DNA of 43,499 nucleotides from Candidatus Sericytochromatia bacterium (GTDB lineage Bacteria; Cyanobacteriota; Sericytochromatia; S15B-MN24; JAQBPE01): NCBI GenBank assembly GCA_035285125.1, contig JAYKHR010000001.1, positions 1 to 43,499 of the forward strand, read 5' to 3'. Shown piece by piece: positions 8,378 to 20,755 of this stretch (position 1 is its first letter; each line of letters starts with the position of its first letter). The notes under the pieces were generated by a model. It saw only the letters and a program-made list of their open reading frames with translations, ran no database searches and was not told where the DNA came from. The position numbers and the translations under genes were made by a program.

Positions 8378-9481
8378 TCAGCCCCCCGCGAGGGCCGCCC
8401 GGTAGGCTCCGGCCGTCTCGGCCGCCACCGCCTCCCAGGTGCGCGCAGCCGCCTGCGCCCGCCCTCGCGCGACCAGCTCTGCGCGGCGGTCGGGGGCCGC
8501 CAGCAGGGCGTCGAGGGCCGCCGCCCAGCCCGGGACGTCGTCGGGCCCGACGCGCCAGGCCGCGTCCCCGAGCACCTCGGGGAGGGGGCCCGCGTCGCTC
8601 GCGACCACGGCCGTGCCGGCCGCCATGGCCTCGAGCGGCGGCAGCCCGAAGCCCTCGGCGCGGGACGGGAAGGCGAACACCGTGGCCTCCTGGAAGAGCG
8701 CCACGAGGTCGGCCTCGGCAAGCCAGCCCGTGCTGATGACCATGTCCGCGAGGCCGTGGGCGGCGATCGCGGCGGGCACGTGGCGGGCGTGGGGGTCCTC
8801 ACGCCCGGCGAGCACCAGTCGCGCCTCGGGGTGGCGCGCGGCCACCTGCGCGAAAGCTGCGAGGAGGGTCTCCAGGTTCTTGTAGCGCTTCCACTGGCCC
8901 GCATAGAGCACGTAGGGGCCCGGCAGCCCGAGGCGGGTGCGCAGCGCCTGGCGCGCCGCGGCCGATGCGGGCAGGGCGAAGCGCGGGTCCGCCGCGAGGG
9001 GCACGACGTCGAGCCTGGCCGGGGGCACGCCGCAGCGCGCCACGAGGGCGTCGCGGGTGGGGGTGGCGTGGGTGATGATCCGCCGGGCGACTCGGGGGGT
9101 AAGGCGCGTCATCAGGCGCACGTAGGCTGTGCCGAGCCGGCTCCGGGTGGTGCCCGGGAACTGCAGCGGGATGAGGTCGTGCAGCGTCACCACCATCGGC
9201 AGGCCCGGCCGCAGCGGGGCGTTCAGGTGGGGGGCGTGGAACACGTCCAGCGCGAGGCCGGGCAGCGTTGTTGCCCAGAAGGCCTGCTCCGCGAGGGAGA
9301 ACAGGGGGGCGGGGCAGGCCAGCACGCCCACGCCGGGCCAGGCCTCCTGGGCGGCCACCACGTCGGCCGGCGCGACCCAGGCCGTGAGCGCGACGTGCGC
9401 GGGGAGCCGCGGCGCGAGGTTGCCGAGGTAGCGGCCGATGCCCGTGTGGTGCCAGAGCCGGGCGTCCAGGCCGACCCGCAG
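8378..9481 (-). CDS. GT4 glycosyltransferase; start codon uncertain (probably CTG)
   Basis: EGFGLPPLEAMAAGTAVV, KNLETLL, VTLHDLIPL; frame stays open upstream of GTG 9361 through the typical N-terminus LRVGLDARLWHHTGIGRY. Confidence 0.85.
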   Translation of the reverse strand: MRVGLDARLWHHTGIGRYLGNLAPRLPAHVALTAWVAPADVVAAQEAWPGVGVLACPAPLFSLAEQAFWATTLPGLALDVFHAPHLNAPLRPGLPMVVTLHDLIPLQFPGTTRSRLGTAYVRLMTRLTPRVARRIITHATPTRDALVARCGVPPARLDVVPLAADPRFALPASAAARQALRTRLGLPGPYVLYAGQWKRYKNLETLLAAFAQVAARHPEARLVLAGREDPHARHVPAAIAAHGLADMVISTGWLAEADLVALFQEATVFAFPSRAEGFGLPPLEAMAAGTAVVASDAGPLPEVLGDAAWRVGPDDVPGWAAALDALLAAPDRRAELVARGRAQAAARTWEAVAAETAGAYRAALAGG

Positions 9482-9491
9482 GGGGCGCAGG

Positions 9492-12615
<3,124 letters not shown>

Positions 12616-12664
12616 GCGCGGGCTCCTCGTCGCGGGCCCTCGGCCCCCCGGCCCTTGTACCCCG

Positions 12665-13195
12665 CTACCGCCCGGCGCGTGCCCGGGCCTCGGCGAGGGC
12701 CTCGCTGGACGAGGCGACAAGCGAGGCGTCCTGGCGGGCCTCGCGAAGGGCCAGCGCCTGCTCCAGCGCCGCGATCGCCTCGTCCCAGCGCCCCTGCTCG
12801 GCGAGGCTCTTGCCGTGGTGCTGCAGCGCGAAGTCCTCGAGCAGCCCCAGGCTGGCGGCCAGCGCCCGCGCCTCGAGGAAGAGCGGCTCGGCGTCGGCGT
12901 GGGCCTGCCTGTACTGCAGCGCCGTTGCCAGCCGGATGAGGTTGCTCACGAGGGACTTCGGGCGCTCGAGGGCGCGGGCGAGCGCGACGGCCTCCTCGCC
13001 GTGCCGGACGGCCTCGTCCAGCCGCCCGAGCAGCCGGTACGCGTCCGCGAGGGCGCCCAGCGCGGCAAGCTCCGTGTCGCGCTCCTCGCGGGCCTGCGCC
13101 TCGTGCAGCGCCGCATGGTGGTCGCGGATCGCCTGCACGACGGGCATGGCGCGCTCGGCATAGTCACGCAGGAAGGGGCGGAGGCGCCGGGTCAT
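12665..13195 (-). CDS. Tetratricopeptide repeat protein
   Basis: TPR patterns LGALADAYRLLGRLDEAV, LATALQY...AEPLF, GKSLAEQGRWDEAIAALEQALALRE. Confidence 0.85.
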   Translation of the reverse strand: MTRRLRPFLRDYAERAMPVVQAIRDHHAALHEAQAREERDTELAALGALADAYRLLGRLDEAVRHGEEAVALARALERPKSLVSNLIRLATALQYRQAHADAEPLFLEARALAASLGLLEDFALQHHGKSLAEQGRWDEAIAALEQALALREARQDASLVASSSEALAEARARAGR

Positions 13196-13204
13196 GGGGG
13201 CATG

Positions 13205-14140
13205 CTACGCGGGCGACGGCCCGGGCGCAAGCGGCGCCTGTAGCCCCTCGGGGGCGGGCCCCACGCGCCCGAGCAGGCCGTCCCGCACCCCGAGCGCCAC
13301 GGCCCGGGCGTGGGCCCGGCGCTCCGGCCGCCCGAGCACCCGCAGCAGCTTGCGCGGCAGCCGCACGCCGGCCCACCAGGCCGCCGCCGTGAGCCGCGCG
13401 AGGCCCCGGGCCCGCAGGCGCAAGACGTGCAGCCCGTTGCGCGTGTCGTAGTAGTCGAGCACGGGCGCAGGGCCCCGCTCGGAGCCCGTGGCCGCCCCAC
13501 CGACGTGCCAGCCCTCGGCGGCCGGCACCCAGACGGGCGTGAGGCCAGCCGCCCGCGCCCGCAGGCAGGCGTCGACGTCCTCGTGGTAGAGGAAGAAGCG
13601 CGCGTCGAGCCCCGCGAGGCGCTCCCAGGCGGCCCGCGTCACGAGCCAGGCGCAGGCGGTGGCGAACGCCACGGGCTCGGGGGCGGCGCCGGGGGGCGGG
13701 GGCCTGTGCCGGTGCCGGGGCTCGAGCGTCCAGCGGCCGAGCGTCCCGCCCGCATACCAGCAGCGCGCCCGCGCGGGCGGCCGGCCGTGCCACAGCGTCG
13801 GCACGGCGAGCGGGGCGGCCGCCGCCAGCAGCGTCGCGATCGCGCCGGGCGCCAGCACGCAGTCGTTGTTGAGCAGCAGCACATGGGTGCAGCCTGCCGC
13901 CAGGAGTTCGGCGGCCCCCGCGTTCATGCCGTGGGCGAAGCCGAAGTTGGCCCCCAGCGCGAGCACCCGCGTCAGCGCCCGGAGGCGCTCCACCTCGGCC
14001 TCCCCCGAGCCGTTGTCGACGACCAGCACGTCGAGCGCCACGCCCGCCTGCTCGGCCAGCGCCGCGAGGCACCGCCGGGTCTCCGCCTCGCCGCGCCAGT
14101 TCAGCACGACGACGCCCACGCGCGGGGCCTGGGCGGTCAC
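13205..14140 (-). CDS. GT2 family glycosyltransferase (rhamnosyltransferase-like)
   Basis: VVVLNWRG, VVDNGS, NFGFAHGMNAG, LLLNND, FFLYHEDVD; GTGA overlap with upstream gene. Confidence 0.92.
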   Translation of the reverse strand: MTAQAPRVGVVVLNWRGEAETRRCLAALAEQAGVALDVLVVDNGSGEAEVERLRALTRVLALGANFGFAHGMNAGAAELLAAGCTHVLLLNNDCVLAPGAIATLLAAAAPLAVPTLWHGRPPARARCWYAGGTLGRWTLEPRHRHRPPPPGAAPEPVAFATACAWLVTRAAWERLAGLDARFFLYHEDVDACLRARAAGLTPVWVPAAEGWHVGGAATGSERGPAPVLDYYDTRNGLHVLRLRARGLARLTAAAWWAGVRLPRKLLRVLGRPERRAHARAVALGVRDGLLGRVGPAPEGLQAPLAPGPSPA

Positions 14141-17100
14141 GCCGGCGCGTCCGCCGCCGGGCCTCCAGCGAGCAGGGCCCTCAGCATCTGCTCCGCCGTC
14201 GCCTCGGGGTCAGCCTCGCTGGCGGCTTCGCCCAGGCCAGCCGAGAGGGGCTGGTCCTCGGCGGGGTCGGCTGGCAGCCGCGTGCCCGAGGGCGTGGCCG
14301 GGACAAGGGCCTCCAGCTCCGCGACCGGGGCCTCCGCCAAGGGGGCCTCGGCTGGCACCTCGGGGCTCGCCGGGGCTGGCGCGTCCGGCCTCGCCGCTGG
14401 TGCCGGGTCGGCTGGCGCCGGCTCGGGGGCGTCTGCCCCGGGCTCGGGCCGCGGGGGCTGGGCCTCGGCCGCCTGAGCCGAAACCTCGGGCGCGAGGGGC
14501 GCCTCGCCCAGCTCTGGCCAGGCCATGAGGCGCACCACGGCCTCCTCCGGCAGAAGCCCGGGGCCTGGCTCGGCTGGTGACGTCGCGGGGCTGGCCTCGT
14601 CCGGGGCCTCGGCCTCGAGGCCCTCTGGCGTCGGGCCAGCCAGGGCAGGCGTTGAGGGCTCAGCCTCCACCGGGGTTTCCGGCGGTTGGGGCTCTGGTCC
14701 GGTGGCGGCCGTCGGCGGCGAGCCCTCGGGGCCGGCTGGCACCGGGGCGGCCGGGGGCGGTGCTTCTGCCTGGGCGAGCCCGCTGTCACCGGCCGCCTCC
14801 TCGTCCTCCTCCGGGGCCTCGCCAGGCGCCCCGAGGACATCCAGGATCGTGTCGAGCCGCGCGTCCCAGCAGTTGACCTTGGCAAGGGCATCGGCGATTG
14901 CCCCGTCGAGGGGGTGCGCGAGGGCCCGCCCGATCGCCGCGAGGAAGGTCTGGGCATCCGGGGCGACGTACAGGCCCGGCCAGCTGGTGCGCTCGGCGTA
15001 GGCCGTCGCGACCACGGGCCGGCCCATCGTGAGGCCGGCGAGCACGAGCGGCGGCCGAGGGGCTGGCCGGCCTGGCCGGGCCGTCACGGGGGCGATCACG
15101 ACGTCGGCGGCAGCCAGGTAGGCAGGCCACGAGCGCCGCGGGCGGCTGCCCAGGAAGTGCAGCCCCGGCGGTGGCGGGAAGGGGCACTGATCCGTGTGGT
15201 CCCCGAGCAGCACGACCGTCGCCCCGGGCTGGGCCTCCAGCACCCGCCGGAGCACCCCCCAGTCGAAGAAGGCGTCCCACAGGGGGCCCGCATACAGCAG
15301 CAGCGGCCGACCCGGCGGCAGGTCCGCGGGGCGGGGGTGGCGCCCGTGGCGGTTGAAGCGGGTGCGGTCCACGCCGTCCGGGATGACGTGCACCGTGCGG
15401 CCGCAGCGGGCCTCCAGCACGGAGGCGATGCCCAGGCTCGGCGCCGTGAGCACGTCCGCCAGCCCGGCGAGGCGGGCCTCGAGGTGGGGGTCCAGCCCCG
15501 AGGCCTCGGCCGCCGGGTCCACGTCCTCCGTGAGGTCGTAGATGAGCTCCGCGCGGGCGGCCTCCAGGGCCTCCACCACGCTCGCAAAGGCCGGGTGGGG
15601 GCTGGTCAGCACGGCGATCAGGCGCCCGGACGCCGGCAGCGCCAGGTGGCCGACGGCGTGGGGGTCGTCGAGCGGCAGCACCGACAGGCGGGGGTGGGCC
15701 AGCTCCGGCGGGATCTCCGTGGGCCCCGGCTGGACGTACACCACCTGCCAGCCGCGCCCGACAAAGGCCCGGGCCAGCTGGGCCGCCCGGTGGTCTCCGT
15801 CCTGCCCGGCCAGGGGGCGCCGGGTGACCACCACGGCCACGTCCCCCGACCCGGCTGCGCCCTCCAGCGTGGCCTGGAGGCTGGCGGCCCGCAGCGCCCA
15901 CGTGTTCGCCTCGCATTCCCGCGTCCGGTGGGCGCGGGCGGCTGGCTGCGCCAGGGTGGTGCGGGCTGCCTCCAGGCCTGCCGCAAGCGCCTCGGCCCCC
16001 TCGGCCGTCCGGACGCTGCGCAGCACCGAGGCCTCCGCGAAGGGCACGCTCACCACCGGCTTGTCCGCGGCGAGGCTGGCGAGCAGCGCGGGCATGCCCC
16101 GCCCCTCGCTGGCGGCGGCGGGCGTCAGCGGGAGCAGCGCGACGGTGAGCTCCTGCATGTAGGCGGGCAGCTGGTCGGCCGGGCGCGGGTCGAGCCAGTG
16201 GACGTTGCCGGGCAGCCCCTCGGGGGCTGCTCCCTGGCCGGCTCCGACGACCACGAAGGTCCAGGCCGGCAGCCGGTGGGCCACGGCCTCCAGCAGCGTG
16301 AGGTCCAGGTCCGTCGCGGCGAGGCCCAGCGTGCCCGCCACGGGGCGGCCCGGGGGCAACACGGGGGCGAGATCCGTCGGCGTCGCGCGCCCGACCTCGG
16401 GCGCCCAGGCCGCGGGGTCGCCGCCGTCCGGCAGCAGCCCGGCGTCCGGCCGCACCATCGTCGCGAGCGCGTGCAGGCCCGCCGAGCGGCACACGACGGC
16501 GTGCGCGCCCCGCAGCAGGGCCTCGTGGGCCACGCGCTCGGGGGCCTCCTCGGGGATGCCTGGGGCGTCGTAGAACACGGTGGGGCGGATGAAGCGCATC
16601 GCCGTCTCCAGGTGGGCCGGGCGGGTTGCCACCAGGGTCGGGCTCGGCAGGTCCGTGAGCAGCGCGAGGCTGCGCGCCCGGATCAGCCCCGGTGCAAGCT
16701 CGCTGAACGCCTCGGGTTCGGCCTCGCCGCCGTCGTCCGTCACGAGGAAGACCACCCACTGGCGGGCGGCCAGGGCCCGGCCAAGGCCAGCCCAGCGGTC
16801 GAGCCAGCCCACGGGGTGGGCCCCCGGCAGCACGACCAGCACCGGCCGGTCGCCGAGGGCCTCCAGCATGCGGTCGCGCGCCCGGCGCTGCGCCACGTGC
16901 CAGGCCGGCGCCCGGCTCACGGCGCGGCGGGCGGCGGCCAGCCAGCCGCGGGGCCCCTCGCGCAGCAGGGCGGTCCAGCCCGTGGGCCGGCTGGCGGGCG
17001 TGAGCGCGGGCCCGGGCCGGGCGGCGGGCTCGCTCGGGCGGAGGGCGGCAGGCTCGGGTGCGCGGCGGGCGGGGGGGGCAGGCTCCGGGTCCGGGGCGGG

Positions 17101-18264
17101 CTCGACCCGCCGGCGCTGGGCCTCGGCCGCGATCGCTGCCGCGCGCCTCGCCTCGCCAAGGGCCTCGGCGTCCGCGAGCAGCCGCTCCAGCACCGTCACG
17201 AGCAGCCCCTGGCTCGCCTCCCGCAGCCGCGGCGCCTGGCTGGCGACGCTGAGGTCCAGCCGGGCTGCCTCCAGCCGGTTCCGCTTCAGCGCCACGAGGC
17301 CGCGGGCGTAGGCTGCCACGGGCGAGGCCGCGCCGGCGAGCTCCGCGTGCAGGGCAGCTTCCTCTGCGATCTCGGCGTCGCCTGCCGCCGACTCGAGCAG
17401 CGCGAGGCCCAGCAGCCCGCGGGGGCCGAGCTCGCGCACGCGAAGGGCCTCGCGCACCGTCCCAGGCGCCTCCAGCGCAGCCGCGAGCAGCTCTGCCTGC
17501 CGCAGCGTCGGCTCGCGACGGCACGCCACGCCGAGGAACAGGGGCTCGCTCCAGCACGTGACCGTCTGGTAGAACCGGGCAGGGAACGCGGGGGCCAGCA
17601 GGGCCTCGAGGCCGGCCTCCGTGAAGTAGGCCAGCCGCTCGGGGCGGTGGCGAAAGCCTGACCACCGCTGGGGCTGCGCCAGCGTGGCGTGGACCGCGTC
17701 CATGTTGGGCACGGCGAAGACCAGCACGCCCTCGGGGGCCAGCAGCGTCACCAGGTGCGAGGCGGCCTCCCGTGGGTGCGGCAAAAGGTCCAGCAGGTCC
17801 CAGGCCGCGATGGCGCCGTAGGGGCCGGCGTCACTGCGGGGCTGGCGCCACTCCGCGAAGTCGAGGCCCGGCACCAGGAGGCCTGCCTCCTGGTGCAGGC
17901 GCGCGGCGCGCGGCGCGAGCTCCCACCCTTCGGTCGGCCCGAGCTCGAAGGCCCGCGCGAGGGCCAGGAACTCGCCGCTGCCGCAGGCCGCGTCGAGCAG
18001 GGGGCCGGGCGTCGCTCCCAGCACGTCCGTGGCGTACAGCAGCCAGCCGAGCCGCCAGCGCGCCGCCTCTCTCGCGCGCTCCCCGGCCTCCATCGCCTCG
18101 GGGCCCCGGTACAGGGCATCGATCGACACGGGCCGCGTCGCCCGGTGGATGGTGTGACAGCGGGGGCAGACCTGAAGCAGCTCGCCGTCCGCCCGCTCCC
18201 CCCAGGGCGTGGCGCCGGGGGCCCCGCAGGCCGGGCAGACGAGGACGGGAAGCGGGGTGGCCAT
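14137..18264 (-). CDS. 1375-aa multidomain protein: Zn-ribbon + class I SAM methyltransferase + helical/TPR-like region + two GT-B-like domains + acidic Pro/Glu/Ala tail
   Basis: CPAC/CPRC; LLDAACGSGEF; PEGVLVFAVPN; two repeats of LARA...YD...AD/AH.V...S...PDG.D...PVVS/T; GAGGA Shine-Dalgarno and promoter upstream. Confidence 0.82.
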   Translation of the reverse strand: MATPLPVLVCPACGAPGATPWGERADGELLQVCPRCHTIHRATRPVSIDALYRGPEAMEAGERAREAARWRLGWLLYATDVLGATPGPLLDAACGSGEFLALARAFELGPTEGWELAPRAARLHQEAGLLVPGLDFAEWRQPRSDAGPYGAIAAWDLLDLLPHPREAASHLVTLLAPEGVLVFAVPNMDAVHATLAQPQRWSGFRHRPERLAYFTEAGLEALLAPAFPARFYQTVTCWSEPLFLGVACRREPTLRQAELLAAALEAPGTVREALRVRELGPRGLLGLALLESAAGDAEIAEEAALHAELAGAASPVAAYARGLVALKRNRLEAARLDLSVASQAPRLREASQGLLVTVLERLLADAEALGEARRAAAIAAEAQRRRVEPAPDPEPAPPARRAPEPAALRPSEPAARPGPALTPASRPTGWTALLREGPRGWLAAARRAVSRAPAWHVAQRRARDRMLEALGDRPVLVVLPGAHPVGWLDRWAGLGRALAARQWVVFLVTDDGGEAEPEAFSELAPGLIRARSLALLTDLPSPTLVATRPAHLETAMRFIRPTVFYDAPGIPEEAPERVAHEALLRGAHAVVCRSAGLHALATMVRPDAGLLPDGGDPAAWAPEVGRATPTDLAPVLPPGRPVAGTLGLAATDLDLTLLEAVAHRLPAWTFVVVGAGQGAAPEGLPGNVHWLDPRPADQLPAYMQELTVALLPLTPAAASEGRGMPALLASLAADKPVVSVPFAEASVLRSVRTAEGAEALAAGLEAARTTLAQPAARAHRTRECEANTWALRAASLQATLEGAAGSGDVAVVVTRRPLAGQDGDHRAAQLARAFVGRGWQVVYVQPGPTEIPPELAHPRLSVLPLDDPHAVGHLALPASGRLIAVLTSPHPAFASVVEALEAARAELIYDLTEDVDPAAEASGLDPHLEARLAGLADVLTAPSLGIASVLEARCGRTVHVIPDGVDRTRFNRHGRHPRPADLPPGRPLLLYAGPLWDAFFDWGVLRRVLEAQPGATVVLLGDHTDQCPFPPPPGLHFLGSRPRRSWPAYLAAADVVIAPVTARPGRPAPRPPLVLAGLTMGRPVVATAYAERTSWPGLYVAPDAQTFLAAIGRALAHPLDGAIADALAKVNCWDARLDTILDVLGAPGEAPEEDEEAAGDSGLAQAEAPPPAAPVPAGPEGSPPTAATGPEPQPPETPVEAEPSTPALAGPTPEGLEAEAPDEASPATSPAEPGPGLLPEEAVVRLMAWPELGEAPLAPEVSAQAAEAQPPRPEPGADAPEPAPADPAPAARPDAPAPASPEVPAEAPLAEAPVAELEALVPATPSGTRLPADPAEDQPLSAGLGEAASEADPEATAEQMLRALLAGGPAADAPA

Positions 18265-18289
18265 GGGATCCTCGCAGCGCAGGTCCTCG

Positions 18290-18319
18290 ATTCTAGGCAG
18301 CTGGCCGCCGGCGGGTCAA
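18290..18319 (-). promoter_or_regulatory. Sigma70-like promoter for the 1375-aa gene
   Basis: Minus strand TTGACC-N18-TAGAAT. Confidence 0.6.
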
Positions 18320-18360
18320 GGCAGGGTGTGCGCGGCACCCCACCCGGCGCCTGGCCGACC

Positions 18361-18375
18361 TGCTAAGATGGACCC
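18361..18375 (+). promoter_or_regulatory. Extended -10 promoter, probably leaderless transcript
   Basis: TG-c-TAAGAT, then 6 nt, then ATG 18376; no Shine-Dalgarno. Confidence 0.6.
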
Positions 18376-19284
18376 ATGTCCGAGCTATCCGCCAGCCCCG
18401 AGTCGCACCTCTCGAACACGCCGAACCACGTCCGGCATTTCCAGTGGAACGACGACTACATCGAGCTGCTGAGCCACCGCCTCGAGCTTGCGGGCGTGCG
18501 CACCCTCGTCGAGGTAGGCAGTGGCCTGGGCCACCTGGCCGCCCTCTTCGGGCTCTACATGAAGCCCGGCAGCCAGGTGCGGGGCTTCGATCCGGATGCC
18601 TTCGTCGTGGCCGAGGCCGCGGCCCGGGCCGCCGAACGCCCGTTCTCCGTTGGCTACCGCTTCGAGCAGGCCGACCTGCACCACCTCCCGATGGGGGCTG
18701 GCGAGGCCGATCTCGTGATCAGCCACCATGTGCTCGCCAACGTCCCCGACCCGGCGGCCGTGCTCGCCGAGATGGTGCGGGTTGTGCGCCCCGGGGGGCG
18801 CGTGGTGGCCTTCGAGCCCAACCAGCTGGCCCAGGCCCTCGTGCTCGACTCGGACTCGGCTGGCTACCCGCTCGAGACGCGGCTGCAGCTGGTGCGCTAC
18901 CAGGCCCTCTACGAGGCCGGCAAGCGCGCCCTCGGCCGGGGGGACGACTCCATCGGCGACGCGCTGCCGCAGCTGTTCCTCGAGGCTGGGCTGCGGCAGG
19001 TCGAGGTGCGAATTTCCGACAAGGCCGGGGCCCTCGTGCCGCCCTACGACACCGACGAGAAGCGGGCGCGGGCCGCCGAGCTGCTGGCTTGGCGCGACGA
19101 GTTCGAGGCCCAGGCGGACCTGATCCAGGCCTGCTTCGAGGCTGGCGGCGCCACCCCCGGGGACTGGGAGGCCTACAAGGCCCTCGAGCTCGCCCAGGCC
19201 GCGCGGATCAGGGCGGGCGTCGCCGCCGGGACCTACATGCACCCCGGCGGGATGCTGACCTACATCGTGGCCGGCACCCGCTAG
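18376..19284 (+). CDS. Class I SAM-dependent methyltransferase
   Basis: LVEVGSGLG motif I, GFDPD, QADL, DLVISHHVL, VRPGGRVVAFEP. Confidence 0.9.
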   Translation: MSELSASPESHLSNTPNHVRHFQWNDDYIELLSHRLELAGVRTLVEVGSGLGHLAALFGLYMKPGSQVRGFDPDAFVVAEAAARAAERPFSVGYRFEQADLHHLPMGAGEADLVISHHVLANVPDPAAVLAEMVRVVRPGGRVVAFEPNQLAQALVLDSDSAGYPLETRLQLVRYQALYEAGKRALGRGDDSIGDALPQLFLEAGLRQVEVRISDKAGALVPPYDTDEKRARAAELLAWRDEFEAQADLIQACFEAGGATPGDWEAYKALELAQAARIRAGVAAGTYMHPGGMLTYIVAGTR

Positions 19285-19300
19285 CGGGGCCGGTTGCCCG

Positions 19301-20608
19301 TCAGTCCAGCCGGGGCTCTCGCTCGGGCTTGCGCCGGAACAACGCCGTGAGCCGGAACCACCAGGTGGCCTGAACGCTGCTGAGCTCGCGCAGGGCCCGG
19401 TCGCGCTCCACCATGTAGGCGCGCGCGCTCTGCTCGAACCGGCTCGCGCGGTCGGCCACGCGCGCGACGATGGTGCGTTGCTCTTCGAGATCGGCCTCCA
19501 GCGTGCTGCGCCGCGCGTCGACCTCGGCAAGCGCCGTGGCCGAGGCCTCTTGCTCCCGGCGGGCCCTGGCCAGCTCGTTGCGCACGGCGCGCTTGAGCGT
19601 CTCTTGCTCCTGGAACAGGCCGCTGAGCAGCTCGTTCGGGCTCGCCGGCCGGGCCCGGAACACCAGGTGCGACACGCTGGCATCCTCGGCGGGCCCGAGC
19701 GCCCGGAGCAGCGTGTCGGGGAACAGGTCGGGCATCAGGCTCTCGTCGTGTTCGAAGAACTCGGTGCGGTGCGTGTAAAGCTCGACCAGCGCGAAGCCCG
19801 AGAGCGCGAGGGCCTCCCGCAGCCTGTCCCGGTTGTAGCGGTGCAGCGGGCTTCCGGGCTCGTAGCCACGGGGCAGGTCGCCTTGCAGCAGCTGCAGCCG
19901 GTGCTCGCCCCACGTGGCGTTGGGCACGACGGCCACCAGCGACCCGTCGGGGTTCAGCAGCTCACGCACCCGGCGCAGGAAGGAGAGTGGATCCGGCTGG
20001 TGCGTGAGCGCGTCACCGAGCACCACGGAGTGGAACTTGCGGCCGATCAACATCGAGGACCAGGTGCCGCTCTCCAGCGTGGACTCGATCTGCACCTCGC
20101 ACGCCGCGCGCCACTCGGCCAGGCGCACCCGGTCTGGGTCCACCGCGACGATCGTGTTTGCCTGGGCCTTGAGGCGCATATGCCAGCCCGAGCCGCTCCA
20201 AGGCGCCAGCCCCAGCAGCAGCACCTCCGGCTGCTGCTGCAGCAGCCGCAGCGTCACATCGTACAGGGCCTCGTTCCAGGGCCCCTGCACCGCCACCGGA
20301 CGGCGGGGGGTGTCGAAGATCTCCGCGATGAAGCCCGGGGCATGCGCCACGCCACCGCCACCGGGGGCCCGCGGGGCAGCGGCCGGGGGCTCGGGCTCTT
20401 CTGACGTCACGGCCAGGCCCGTCATCCCCTCGTCGAGCCGCATAACGCTGCCCAACCCGGGCGTCTCCGCGGCCGCGAGCGGCCCGGTCTCCCTGGCCAT
20501 CGTTGCCACGGGCTCCGCGGCCACGGCCACGGCCTCCCGCGGTGGGAGCACCAGCGGCCCGCTCCGCTCCTTGTCAGCCAGCTTCTTGCGCAGGTTGTAG
20601 AGCGTCAT
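19301..20608 (-). CDS. Methyltransferase-fold protein with C-terminal coiled coil and amphipathic tail (glycan chain-terminator/ruler-like)
   Basis: FHSVVLGDALTHQPDP, LLNPDGSLVAVVPN; heptad-rich C-terminal region ending SVQATWWFRLTALFRRK; GGAAAGG upstream of ATG 20608. Confidence 0.78.
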   Translation of the reverse strand: MTLYNLRKKLADKERSGPLVLPPREAVAVAAEPVATMARETGPLAAAETPGLGSVMRLDEGMTGLAVTSEEPEPPAAAPRAPGGGGVAHAPGFIAEIFDTPRRPVAVQGPWNEALYDVTLRLLQQQPEVLLLGLAPWSGSGWHMRLKAQANTIVAVDPDRVRLAEWRAACEVQIESTLESGTWSSMLIGRKFHSVVLGDALTHQPDPLSFLRRVRELLNPDGSLVAVVPNATWGEHRLQLLQGDLPRGYEPGSPLHRYNRDRLREALALSGFALVELYTHRTEFFEHDESLMPDLFPDTLLRALGPAEDASVSHLVFRARPASPNELLSGLFQEQETLKRAVRNELARARREQEASATALAEVDARRSTLEADLEEQRTIVARVADRASRFEQSARAYMVERDRALRELSSVQATWWFRLTALFRRKPEREPRLD

Positions 20609-20755
20609 GACCTTTCCGGGGGCTCGCGAGCTGCCTGTCAGGGTCCGGGATGCGGCCACATGCAGGCGGGGGTCCGGCTGGCGCCAGAGCAGCCCTATGG
20701 TGCAACACGAACCCACTCCCCGTCTATGCTTGGCTGGCGATTTTTCATCGAGATG

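Noticed and set aside
14686..17665. 991-aa (+) and 959-aa (-) ORFs overlapping the 1375-aa gene
   Set aside because: Antisense and alternative-frame shadows with no motifs; the 14137-18264 frame has recognisable domains.
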